Below, in pieces: positions 53,247 through 63,212 of a DNA stretch of 64,000 nucleotides. The DNA is from Lachnospiraceae bacterium. GTDB lineage: Bacteria > Bacillota > Clostridia > Lachnospirales > Lachnospiraceae. Both the position numbers and the translations under genes were made by a program. Each line of letters starts with the position of its first letter. Position 1 is the first letter of the stretch. The notes under the pieces were generated by a model that had not been told where the DNA came from, ran no database searches, and saw only the letters and a list, made by a program, of their open reading frames with translations. Location: the NCBI GenBank assembly GCA_045627905.1, contig JAZQOO010000006.1:6301-70300 (forward strand), given 5' to 3'.

Positions 53247-56153
53247 ATGTACAAAACTGCTCAGCAGCTATTATTAAAAACAGAAGGAATAGAAATATTA
53301 TATAATGGTGCAGTTACCTCTAGAGATTCATTTGTAGAAAAGGTTGATAATATTGCTAAAAATATAAGGCTGTCAGGTATTAATACTGGGCAGCCTATAA
53401 TACTAAAAATGTGTGATGCAAAAAATGAGTATATAGCGCTGTGTGGAATAATTCGCTCAGGAGCATGTGTGGTTCCAGTGAGTGCCGATATCCCTAGTAC
53501 AAGATTACAAAGCATCACTAAAATGATAAATGCGGAATGCATTATAAGCGATGATAATTTTGATAAATATGCAGGCATTCCAAATGAATCAGTAGATATT
53601 GACTATGCAGATGAAAATGACAATGCACTTATTTTATTTACATCAGGTACAACCGGTGTACCTGAAGGCATTAAACATACGCAGAAAAGTCTTTTGTATA
53701 TTATTAAATGTGTCACAGATTTTATTGTAAAAAATAAAATTCAAGTTAATAATGTATATTCAATAACTGAGTTTTCCTATATTTCATCATTCCTTTTTGA
53801 AATAGGAGTGACATTATTTCATACAAAAAAAATAATAATATCTGATAAAAAAAGTAGAAATGTTGTATCAAAAATAAACGAAGATGTTAAGGGACAAAAT
53901 GACCTTATTATGTTTATGACACCTTCGAAATTTAGAGCTTTTTTTAGTGACATAGATTTTAGAGAAACATTAAAGCAGGTTTCAATGTTCTGCTTTGCTG
54001 GAGAGGCTCTATCAGATGAGGATAAAAATAGTTTTATTAAAGTATTTAATGATAACAGTTATGTTGCGAATTTCTATGGAAGTTCTGAATGTGGGCTTAT
54101 TTTTTCATATGATGTAAAAAACAATACAGTTTATACTTTTAATCCATATATTATTGTTGATGATAATGGAAAGGTCAGCGAAAAATCTGGTCAGGTGTAT
54201 GTAAATGCAGAATATTGTTTAGTGGGATATACGGGTGAGCGAAGCCTGAAAATATATAATCTCGATAATATAGATTATTATGGAACTGGAGATTTTGTTG
54301 AGATAGAAGGGAACATACCTAAATTAAGAGGAAGAATAGATAGAATGATAAAGCTTCATGGTTTAAGAGTGGAGCTTGACGACATTGAAGAACACATCCG
54401 TCATATATCGTATATTGGCGAATGTGCTGTTGTTTTTGACAGGGAAAAAGAAAGAATTGTTGCATTTATTATAGCAAATAATACGTTAGATTATGGCATA
54501 AACTTTCAGTCTGATATACGAGCTAAGCTATCAGATGTTTTGCCGTATTATATGATACCTGCCTATTTTGTAGAGCTTGAAAGCTTGCCATATAACAGCC
54601 ATCAAAAGACAGATTACTATTTATTGCAGCAGAAGGCAAAGGAACTTGAGCTAGCAGAAATCAGCAAAGCTGACAGAAACATCGAAGGAAAATTTGAATA
54701 TATCAATGACGATAGATATTTTGCGCTTAAAGAGGCATTAAAGGCAGTAATAGGAGATGTAGAAATAAATCCGTCAGATTCTATTATAGAGCTTTCAATT
54801 GATTCACTTAAGGCAATTACATTGCAAAATGAGTTGAGAAAGAAAAGTCTGAATATTTCTTTAAGTGATATATTTATCCATCCAGTTATCAGTGAACTAT
54901 ATAAATACATAAATGAAATAAAAACACCTGACAATAATATCATTAATGATACAAAGAATGATAAGGAATACAAATTCAAAATTATAACAGATTTTCATAA
55001 AATGGTGTTGTCTGCACAGTTAAGCAATAATCACATGCTGGCTATGTGGGTTGAAGACAAATTCATTGGTAAAAGGTCATTTACAGAAGAGACATTTTAT
55101 GAACGACTTAGAGCGGTTTTAATGAGACATCCAGCTCTTAGAAGCAGGTTTTATGTTGAAGCAAAAGAGTATTTTCAGGAAATAGATAAGAATATCACAA
55201 ATATAAAAAATTATGGTGAATATATCGACATAACTACAATGGCAGAAGGAACTATTGGTACTATTTCTAGTAAGCAGAAGGAATACATAGAAAAAAACTT
55301 TAACAAATTATATGCTGATGAAACATTACAAGGTAAGCCATTCTATGTATTCTGTCACCAGATAGATAATGAACATTGCGTAATAACGATGAGAATTTCA
55401 CACGTATGTGCAGATGGTGTTAGTGTATCAATACTCAGAGCGGATTTTTTAAACGAGGAAATAGAAGAGTCAGAAGATTCATATTTTGAATATAGAGAAT
55501 GGTACACTGATGAGGCGGAAAGAGAAAAGGCATTTAATTTTTATCTAAATTATATAAAAGGAGCGGCGTTTGCAAGACTCCCGATAATTAGCTTTGGAAA
55601 TCCATTTGAAGCGCAAAATGTCAAAGAGTATGACATTGATTTAGGTGATGTTAATAGCTTAAATACAGTTACGCCGTTTATGAGTGTTCTTTATAGATAT
55701 GGAAAAGCAGCGTTAGAGGTGCTTGGCTTAAAAAAAATGATGTTTTATATGACTTCCTCAGGAAGAAGTGTTAATGTGCGGGATATGGACAGCTTAGTGT
55801 CTGGTATTTCGTATAGAATGCTTGTTGTAATATCTGAGGATGATACTATAGAAACGTTTATGAGTGGGGTATATGAAGCAGAAAAGCATATGTGTGTAAG
55901 GCCAGAAGAAATATGGGTAAAACGCTATGGGAAGGATGTAAATCTCATAAATCTGCCTATTATAACGTCTGAATATTTTAGAGACCTTACAGATGGAAGA
56001 TGCACAAAGGTGTTAAATCCAGTCACTCCAGATACTATGGGGTTAAGCAGCTTTTTCTACATTGAAAATGAAAGAATGAAGCTTAAAATGGGCTGCAATA
56101 CTAACATAATGGATATAGATGTATTTGAGAAAATAATAGGAGCATTAATTTGA
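53247..56153 (+). CDS. NRPS module A-T-C
   Basis: A: LILFTSGTTGVPEGIKH, GTGDF, LRGRIDRMIKLHGLRVELDDIE. T: IELSIDSLKAITLQ. C: RISHVCADGVS. Confidence 0.8.
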   Translation: MYKTAQQLLLKTEGIEILYNGAVTSRDSFVEKVDNIAKNIRLSGINTGQPIILKMCDAKNEYIALCGIIRSGACVVPVSADIPSTRLQSITKMINAECIISDDNFDKYAGIPNESVDIDYADENDNALILFTSGTTGVPEGIKHTQKSLLYIIKCVTDFIVKNKIQVNNVYSITEFSYISSFLFEIGVTLFHTKKIIISDKKSRNVVSKINEDVKGQNDLIMFMTPSKFRAFFSDIDFRETLKQVSMFCFAGEALSDEDKNSFIKVFNDNSYVANFYGSSECGLIFSYDVKNNTVYTFNPYIIVDDNGKVSEKSGQVYVNAEYCLVGYTGERSLKIYNLDNIDYYGTGDFVEIEGNIPKLRGRIDRMIKLHGLRVELDDIEEHIRHISYIGECAVVFDREKERIVAFIIANNTLDYGINFQSDIRAKLSDVLPYYMIPAYFVELESLPYNSHQKTDYYLLQQKAKELELAEISKADRNIEGKFEYINDDRYFALKEALKAVIGDVEINPSDSIIELSIDSLKAITLQNELRKKSLNISLSDIFIHPVISELYKYINEIKTPDNNIINDTKNDKEYKFKIITDFHKMVLSAQLSNNHMLAMWVEDKFIGKRSFTEETFYERLRAVLMRHPALRSRFYVEAKEYFQEIDKNITNIKNYGEYIDITTMAEGTIGTISSKQKEYIEKNFNKLYADETLQGKPFYVFCHQIDNEHCVITMRISHVCADGVSVSILRADFLNEEIEESEDSYFEYREWYTDEAEREKAFNFYLNYIKGAAFARLPIISFGNPFEAQNVKEYDIDLGDVNSLNTVTPFMSVLYRYGKAALEVLGLKKMMFYMTSSGRSVNVRDMDSLVSGISYRMLVVISEDDTIETFMSGVYEAEKHMCVRPEEIWVKRYGKDVNLINLPIITSEYFRDLTDGRCTKVLNPVTPDTMGLSSFFYIENERMKLKMGCNTNIMDIDVFEKIIGALI

Positions 56154-59104
56154 ATACAATACAGAGCGTAGTACTTTCAAAACGAAATAAGTATACAGGT
56201 ACTGCTATTGAGTGTGGTAGTAAAAAAATAAGCTATAGCGAATTCGATTTACTGACAGATAAAATAGCGACAGGTCTTTCTGACAATGGAATTAGACCCG
56301 GAGATAAGGTAATAATAAACCTTGGACGAAGTATCGAGATGGTATTGGCAATGTTTGGTATTTTAAAGACGGGAGCTGCTTTTGTACCTATCGCTAAAGA
56401 TACTCCAGCAGAAAGATTAAATTCAATAATGAAGACAAGTGGTGCTAAGCTTGTCTTTGATATGAATTATTATGAGCAAATAGCTTCAAAAAGTGATAGA
56501 TGTAATGTGCAGTTTGAGCCGATTATGGCAAGCGAAGATGATCCTGCGATTGTGCTTTATACATCAGGTTCTACAGGCGAGCCAAAGGGTGTATGTCAGA
56601 ATCAGGCAGCTGTAAAGCTTTTATTTGAACAGTTTCCGTATAATATAAATACGAATGGAATAGCTGTAGAGGATTTTGATACATGTATTGCAAGACTGAA
56701 TTATGCATTTATTGTTGCATATCATTATGAGTATCCAGTTGCGCTACTTAATGGGAAAAAGCTTGTCCTATTAAATGACGACGAGCAGAATTCTATTGTC
56801 GATACATGCAGAGTGTTAGAAGAAAATGAACGTTGTTTGGTGGCTATATTACCTTCTCAGCTAGCTGTATATATGGAAAATGACAGTTTTAAAAAGGCAA
56901 TGCGACATATTAAGTGCTTATGTTTTTTTGCAGAACCTGTAGCAGAATATGTTATAAATAGCATTTTAGAAGTAGATGGCTTTGAGGGAAGTGTTGTGTC
57001 AGTATATGGAACAACCGAAACCTTTGGCGTTGCATGGCAGGATTTTAGAGATAGTAAGCGAGGGATGATTGTATCTAATCATGTCGATTTTAAGCTTTTA
57101 GATGATGAAGGAAAAGATACTTTAGTTGATTGCATGGGCGAAATAGTAGTAAAGTCGCCAACTATTTTTAGCGAATATTATATGACTGACAGTGACTTAT
57201 GTAATAGGTCGTTTGATGCAAAGAATTTATATATTGACAGTAAGCGTTACGTAAGAACAGGAGATATGGGAATACGTGATGAATCTGGAAGAATTACACT
57301 GTGTGGCAGAAACGACAGAATGGTTAAATTCCATGGGCAGAGGGTGGAACTTCCTGAAATAGAGAATGTAATTAAGCGCTTTGAAGGAATAAGAAATTGC
57401 TGTGCAATTTTAGGAAAAGGAAAATCAGGGAAGAAACTTCTTGTTGCCTATTACGAGGGTGTAAGTGAGCAGGAAATTGATGAAAAAAGTCTGACACAGT
57501 ATATTAAGGACTATTTGCCACCATATATGATTCCATCGATGTATATTAAGCTTCCTATTATACCGCTCAATGCAAATGGTAAAATAGACTATAAGCAGTT
57601 ATCAGCAATAGAGATTGAAGATACGTTTACTGTAGAAAATATACATAAGTCTGATGAAGAAAAAGCAAAAGAGACAACGCAAGAAAAGCTTATTATAAGT
57701 GAGAGTGCTAATATTTTAAAAATGTCAGAGGATGCGATATCTGTTACAAGCAATTTAAAAATGCTAGGTATGGATTCGCTAATGGTAGTGCTTTTGATAA
57801 GTGCGTTAAGGGAAGCTGGATATGTATTAACTATTGAAGATTATGTATCAGCGTCGAATGTCAGCGAAATTGCAAAGTCACTTAAGAAAAAAGACAAAGA
57901 CTTACATAAAGCTTCAAAGGAAGAGTCGGATGTATATGAATGTACTCAGATGCAGAGTCTATGGGTTAAAGAGCGATTTGTTGTAGTATCTAATTTCCTG
58001 GCATACATAGGCATTGATGAAGAAATAATTGCTAATAGAGTTGCAATGTTATCACGAAAACATCAGGCTTTGCGAAGCGAGTTTTATAATAATGAAAATA
58101 TATATAAAACAAAAGTAGTGAAAGATAAAGCGGTTAATTACGACTATTATGATGCAAGACGCCTGCTAAAAGATGGCGAGATATCTCCTAGGCAGTCAGC
58201 ACTTATAAACATGAAAACAATGGAGCTGTTTAGTGGTTTAAGTGAGGATGCAATGTTTCATCTATGTGTAGTAAGGCTAAAGGATGACCTGACATGTCTT
58301 ATTATGGCGTGTGACCACAGGGTTGTTGATGGAATGAGTGAAAAGGTATTATTTGACGAGCTGACATCTGGATTTGAAAATGAAGAAAATGATAAATATA
58401 TTGAATATCTTGACTATATCAACAGTGATATAAATGTAGAGGCTGCACGAAGCTTTTACAGAGAATATGTTTCTGGTTCAAGGATAGTACCTGTAACATT
58501 AAATAAAGAACATACAGGAAAGCCAAATATTAAAAGCTTTGGAATTACAATAGAAAAGAATACTATCGGAAGACTTGAGGAGGTTTGGAAAAAGGAGAAT
58601 GTCTCTGCATTTGCATACATTATGTATCAGTATGCAAGAACTCATATGGAGTTATCTGGTTTTGACGATATTATTATTCCGATGGGATGTTCAGGAAGAT
58701 GTCTGGATTTAGACAGCATGAACTGCATGGTTGGCTGTCTCGTTAATCAGATTCCCGTGCGTTGCAAAAAAACAGACAGCATCAATGATTTTATGAAATC
58801 ATATCTGATTGCTGATAAATATGGTTTTATTAAAGATACGGACATTTTCGAGGATGATGAGGACAGGGAAAAGCTAAATTTAGTTCCAAGTATTATGTCT
58901 GAGATTTTTCCAGGAAATGTAATTAGAACGAAATGGTCATATTTTAGAGAGCCATCATTTTTAAATATACCACGTGGTAACTTCTTGTGGGAGGATGACG
59001 CCGGTATGCACATTACTTTCCATATTGATACAGATATATGGGATGAGGAATATATTCAGAAAATGGTAAATTTATTTGAGGTAAAACTAAATGCTGAAAA
59101 TTGA
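56150..59104 (+). CDS. NRPS module A-T-C
   Basis: A: IVLYTSGSTGEPKGV, YGTTET, RTGDMG, GRNDRMVKFHGQRVELPEIE, NGKIDY. T: LKMLGMDSLMVVLL. C: ACDHRVVDGMS. TTG start overlaps the upstream stop; AGGAG RBS. Confidence 0.8.
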   Translation: MNTIQSVVLSKRNKYTGTAIECGSKKISYSEFDLLTDKIATGLSDNGIRPGDKVIINLGRSIEMVLAMFGILKTGAAFVPIAKDTPAERLNSIMKTSGAKLVFDMNYYEQIASKSDRCNVQFEPIMASEDDPAIVLYTSGSTGEPKGVCQNQAAVKLLFEQFPYNINTNGIAVEDFDTCIARLNYAFIVAYHYEYPVALLNGKKLVLLNDDEQNSIVDTCRVLEENERCLVAILPSQLAVYMENDSFKKAMRHIKCLCFFAEPVAEYVINSILEVDGFEGSVVSVYGTTETFGVAWQDFRDSKRGMIVSNHVDFKLLDDEGKDTLVDCMGEIVVKSPTIFSEYYMTDSDLCNRSFDAKNLYIDSKRYVRTGDMGIRDESGRITLCGRNDRMVKFHGQRVELPEIENVIKRFEGIRNCCAILGKGKSGKKLLVAYYEGVSEQEIDEKSLTQYIKDYLPPYMIPSMYIKLPIIPLNANGKIDYKQLSAIEIEDTFTVENIHKSDEEKAKETTQEKLIISESANILKMSEDAISVTSNLKMLGMDSLMVVLLISALREAGYVLTIEDYVSASNVSEIAKSLKKKDKDLHKASKEESDVYECTQMQSLWVKERFVVVSNFLAYIGIDEEIIANRVAMLSRKHQALRSEFYNNENIYKTKVVKDKAVNYDYYDARRLLKDGEISPRQSALINMKTMELFSGLSEDAMFHLCVVRLKDDLTCLIMACDHRVVDGMSEKVLFDELTSGFENEENDKYIEYLDYINSDINVEAARSFYREYVSGSRIVPVTLNKEHTGKPNIKSFGITIEKNTIGRLEEVWKKENVSAFAYIMYQYARTHMELSGFDDIIIPMGCSGRCLDLDSMNCMVGCLVNQIPVRCKKTDSINDFMKSYLIADKYGFIKDTDIFEDDEDREKLNLVPSIMSEIFPGNVIRTKWSYFREPSFLNIPRGNFLWEDDAGMHITFHIDTDIWDEEYIQKMVNLFEVKLNAEN

Positions 59105-59759
59105 GCATATGTCTAAAAGCTTTATGGACAGGGAGATACTTAAAGACGTAAATCTCAGCATAAATGATGGAGAAATCGTATCTATTGTTGGAAACAGCGG
59201 AATTGGAAAAACAACAATGCTAAGGTGTATATGTTGTCTTGAAAAAGCCGATGCAGGAACAATAGAAATAGATGGTTCAAAGCTGTCGTTTGGAAACTGT
59301 ACAAAAAAGCAGATTGACGAGGTAAGACTAAAAACGGGTATTGTATTTCAGACATTTGATTTATTTAAGCATAGAACTGTAATTCAAAATGTCAGAGATG
59401 CTTTAATAAAAGTAAAAAAAATAGAGAAGAATAAGGCAAATGAAATTGCACTCAGTCATCTTTCGCTAATGGATATGGATGGATACTGTGAGTATTATCC
59501 AAGGCAGTTATCAGGTGGTCAGCAGCAAAGAGTTGCGATAGCAAGAATGGTGGCAATGAGCCCTGAGCTTCTTATGTTTGACGAGCCAACATCAGCGCTT
59601 GATTCATCATTAAAAGAAGAAATTACAAAATATATTAAAAAGGTTTCTGAGGGTGGCAGAATGATAATAATTGTCACTCATGATTACGAATTTGCGAAGC
59701 AGGTGTCAAATAGAATTTTGAGGCTCGATAATGGAATAGTAATGGAGGAAAATTTATAA
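59091..59759 (+). CDS. Polar amino-acid ABC transporter ATP-binding protein (GlnQ/HisP-like)
   Basis: Walker A GNSGIGKTT, signature LSGGQQQRVAIAR, Walker B LLMFDEPTSALD. The start overlaps the NRPS stop by 14 nt. Confidence 0.9.
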   Translation: MLKIEHMSKSFMDREILKDVNLSINDGEIVSIVGNSGIGKTTMLRCICCLEKADAGTIEIDGSKLSFGNCTKKQIDEVRLKTGIVFQTFDLFKHRTVIQNVRDALIKVKKIEKNKANEIALSHLSLMDMDGYCEYYPRQLSGGQQQRVAIARMVAMSPELLMFDEPTSALDSSLKEEITKYIKKVSEGGRMIIIVTHDYEFAKQVSNRILRLDNGIVMEENL

Positions 59760-60583
59760 TGAAGATTAATCAGAAAATTTTGGCAGGAATTTTGAGCATT
59801 TTAGCTGTAGCTACATTAATTGGCTGCACCAGTAAGTCATCAGAGAATGATGCTAATAGTTTAGATTCAAGAGAAATAAAGATAAGCGTGGCAGCAGGCT
59901 TTTATCCGATTACTTATGCTGATGATGATGGAAATGCGTGTGGTTATGATGTAGATGTAATGAAAGCAGTTGATGAGATGCTCGATAATTATTCATTTAC
60001 TTATGAAATCACAGATAAGGAAACAATGAACGTTGGTGTACAGACTGCCACATATCAGATGGGAATTAATTCACTATTTAAAACTGATGAGAGATGTGAA
60101 ATATATATTATGCCAGACAACAATATGGGTAATTCTCCAATTGGGTTTGTACAGCGTGAGGATGATAATATAAACAGCTTTAGTGATGCATATAATATGA
60201 ATAAGAAAATATATCCAGTTCAGGCTACTAGTGGAATACGACTGATTGTAGATAAATGGAATGAAGAGCATTCAGATATGAAAATAGAATATCCACTTCG
60301 TTCTGAAAGTAACTATGCTGAGTTATTTGATTCAATTAAGACAGGTGCATATGACTATGCAGTAGAGCTTATACCTGTATATAATTTGCAGCCAGAAGAA
60401 GCGGTAGGAGGACTTAAGGTATCAGATGCGGTAGCCGTAATTCCGACATATCCTATAATAAATATGGATGAAAAGGAACTTGCTGATTCAGTTAATGAGT
60501 CGCTTAAGGAACTTAAGGAGAATGGAACTTTAAGTGAATTAGCCAAAAAGCATTTTGGATATGATATTTTTGAGCTGGAGTAA
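59759..60583 (+). CDS. Amino-acid ABC transporter substrate-binding lipoprotein (SBP family 3)
   Basis: Lipobox ATLIGCTS, and a family-3 SBP size and pattern (GFYPITYADDDGN..GYDVDV). Confidence 0.8.
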   Translation: MKINQKILAGILSILAVATLIGCTSKSSENDANSLDSREIKISVAAGFYPITYADDDGNACGYDVDVMKAVDEMLDNYSFTYEITDKETMNVGVQTATYQMGINSLFKTDERCEIYIMPDNNMGNSPIGFVQREDDNINSFSDAYNMNKKIYPVQATSGIRLIVDKWNEEHSDMKIEYPLRSESNYAELFDSIKTGAYDYAVELIPVYNLQPEEAVGGLKVSDAVAVIPTYPIINMDEKELADSVNESLKELKENGTLSELAKKHFGYDIFELE

Positions 60584-60589
60584 TAAGTA

Positions 60590-61279
60590 TTGGAAAATCT
60601 GATTGATATAAAATTTATTATTGAAAAGCTTCCTAATCTGCTCAAAGCCTTGCCAGTTACTATGGAAATAATGATTCTTACGCTTTTTTGGGGGTGTACG
60701 ATAGGCTTGCTAATGGCTGTTTTGAAGATTTCGGGTAGTAGCTTTGTAAAAAAATTGCTTACAGTAATAACTGCCTGTGTAAGGGGGATACCGACAATAT
60801 TAATTTTATTTCTCATTTATTTTGGACTGCCTGTTATATTAAAAAATTTTAGTATAAATGCAGGTGAATGGGATAAGAAAATATTTGTTGTTGCTGCACT
60901 TTCAATTGAATTTGGAATACAGAGCAGTGAATTATTTAAGAGTGCATATAATGGTATAGATAAAGGACAGATTAATGCAGCGATAAGCCTTGGATATTCT
61001 ACAATTCAGAGATTTTTTTATCTTTATATCCCACAGGGGTTGAAGATTATTCTTCCAAATCTTGGAAACTGTGTCCTTGCCTGTATACAGTCGACAGCTT
61101 TAGTATATACTCTTGGTGTATTTGATTTGCTTGGAAAGGCAAGACAGATAGACAGTAATGCTTTCTCGCTTAAAACATTTGAGATGTATTTGACGGTCTC
61201 TATTATTTACTGGATTATGGCACTTATAAATGATTGTATTTTTAAATGGGTGGAAAATCGGAATGTCTTTAGATTTTAA
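60590..61279 (+). CDS. Amino-acid ABC transporter permease (His/Glu/Gln/Arg/opine family)
   Basis: About 225 aa, 5 TM, and an EAA-like region (SSELFKSAYNGIDKGQINAAISLGYS). TTG start. Confidence 0.8.
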   Translation: MENLIDIKFIIEKLPNLLKALPVTMEIMILTLFWGCTIGLLMAVLKISGSSFVKKLLTVITACVRGIPTILILFLIYFGLPVILKNFSINAGEWDKKIFVVAALSIEFGIQSSELFKSAYNGIDKGQINAAISLGYSTIQRFFYLYIPQGLKIILPNLGNCVLACIQSTALVYTLGVFDLLGKARQIDSNAFSLKTFEMYLTVSIIYWIMALINDCIFKWVENRNVFRF

Positions 61280-61958
61280 TTTTATAAGTAAATGTATAAT
61301 TAAATTATTAAATGCATTGCCACTAACTCTTTTAATTACTGTTATGCCTTTTGCTCTTGGCGGGTTTTTAGGACTTATATTTGCACTAATTCTTCAAAAG
61401 AAGGTTTTTGTACTGTCTGGGGTTGTGCGTGTATTTAATTCTTTTTTTAGGAGTGTACCGCTTATTTTATTACTTTTTTTAGGATATTACGGCACTCCAC
61501 GATTTATTAATTATTTCAGTGGTACTAAGATTATTTCAAGCGCGGATATTAACAACAATGTGACTGCTATTATAATACTTACGCTGTATTCAACAGCGTT
61601 TTTATGTGAGATTATTCGTGGTGCGATGAAAAGCGTGGATGTTAAACAGCTCGAGGCAGGGTATGTTTTAGGAATGAGTAAGAGTCAGATTTTATTTGGC
61701 ATCTACATACCACAGGCGGCAATTGTTGCATTGCCGAACCTGACGAATTTTTTTCAGGGGTTATTTAAATCATGCTCGGTTGTATTTTGCATAGGAGTGG
61801 TTGACATAATGTCGGCGGCAAAAATAGAAGCAGAGGTTGGCTATAGGTATATAGAGGCCTATCTTACGGTAGGGGTTATTTATCTATTATTTAGTATATT
61901 TATTACAAAACTATCTTTAAGTCTTGAAAAGAAGACATACAATAATACGATAAAATGA
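61263..61958 (+). CDS. Amino-acid ABC transporter permease (second subunit)
   Basis: Paralogous permease (EIIRGAMKSVDVKQLEAGYVLGMS). I preferred the ATG at 61263 to the ORF-track start at 61230. Confidence 0.8.
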   Translation: MSLDFNFISKCIIKLLNALPLTLLITVMPFALGGFLGLIFALILQKKVFVLSGVVRVFNSFFRSVPLILLLFLGYYGTPRFINYFSGTKIISSADINNNVTAIIILTLYSTAFLCEIIRGAMKSVDVKQLEAGYVLGMSKSQILFGIYIPQAAIVALPNLTNFFQGLFKSCSVVFCIGVVDIMSAAKIEAEVGYRYIEAYLTVGVIYLLFSIFITKLSLSLEKKTYNNTIK

Positions 61959-61976
61959 TGGAAAGGTACAATTAGT

Positions 61977-63191
61977 ATGAAAAAAATAATTGAAGGTTAT
62001 GTTAAAACAAATCTTGTAATTCGAATCGTTATCGCACTTATAATTGGTGCAACACTTGGACTGACTGTACCTGACATATATTTTATAGGTGTTTTTGGCT
62101 CTTTATTTGTTGGAGCATTAAAGGCTCTTGCTCCTATATTAGTATTTTTACTTGTAATGAGTTCATTAATGAATTCAAAAGGTGAAATAGGGAAGCGGAT
62201 GACTTCTGTTGTTTTATTATATTTGTTAAGTACGTTAATTGCCTCTGTAATTGCAGTATTTGCGAGCTTTATGTTTCCACTCACACTGATTTTGTCGCAT
62301 AATGGAGTATCAGCAGAAGCTCCTGGCAGTGTAGGGGAGATATTTGACGGTATACTTACAGGAATTGTATCAAATCCGATTCAGGCTATTTCAACAGGAA
62401 ATTACATTAGTATATTATTTTGGGCTGTTTTAATAGGTATTGCTTTTAAGACAATAGCAGATGATGCCAGTAAAAGGATAGTGCAGGATTTATCAGATAC
62501 GTTTTCAAAGCTGATTACATGGATTATCCAGTTTGCTCCGTTTGGTATATTTGGTCTTGTGTATTCGACTGTTGCTGAGTTTGGTGCGGAGGTGTTTGAA
62601 AATTATGCAGGTCTTATATTATTACTTTGTGGAACAATGCTATTTCAGATGCTTGTTGTAAATGCAATTATTGTTGCTTTTACGATAAAGGCAAATCCAT
62701 ATCCGCTGTTATTTACATGTCTTAGACGTAGTGCAATTACAGCATTTTTTACAAGAAGCTCTGCTGCTAATATTCCTGTTAATATGCAGCTTTGTAAAGA
62801 TTTGAATTTAGATGAAGAATTATATTCTGTGTCAATTCCGCTAGGTTCTACTATAAATATGGATGGTGCAGCAATTACTATTACGATAATGAGTATTACG
62901 GCGGCTCACACATTAGGTATTCCTATTACTCTTCCTATGGCGATAAGCTGTAGTATTGTTGCAACACTTGCGGCGTGTGGTACGAGCGGCGTTACTGGGG
63001 GCTCACTTCTTTTAATTCCAATGGGCTGTTCATTGCTTGGTATTTCGAATGATTTGGCAATGCAGGTAGTTGCTGTTGGATTTATTATTAGCTTTATTCA
63101 GGACTCAATTGAGACAGCGCTTAATTCATCTAGTGATGTGTTATTTACGGCAGCAGCAGATTTTAGGGCAAATAATCGTAAGAAGATATAG
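61977..63191 (+). CDS. sstT: Serine/threonine:sodium symporter SstT (DAACS family)
   Basis: 404 aa with SstT-like motifs (LKALAPILVFLLV; FFTRSSAANIPVNM; ATLAACGTSGVTGGSL). Confidence 0.85.
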   Translation: MKKIIEGYVKTNLVIRIVIALIIGATLGLTVPDIYFIGVFGSLFVGALKALAPILVFLLVMSSLMNSKGEIGKRMTSVVLLYLLSTLIASVIAVFASFMFPLTLILSHNGVSAEAPGSVGEIFDGILTGIVSNPIQAISTGNYISILFWAVLIGIAFKTIADDASKRIVQDLSDTFSKLITWIIQFAPFGIFGLVYSTVAEFGAEVFENYAGLILLLCGTMLFQMLVVNAIIVAFTIKANPYPLLFTCLRRSAITAFFTRSSAANIPVNMQLCKDLNLDEELYSVSIPLGSTINMDGAAITITIMSITAAHTLGIPITLPMAISCSIVATLAACGTSGVTGGSLLLIPMGCSLLGISNDLAMQVVAVGFIISFIQDSIETALNSSSDVLFTAAADFRANNRKKI

Positions 63192-63212
63192 AAAAATAAG
63201 GAATTATATGTC

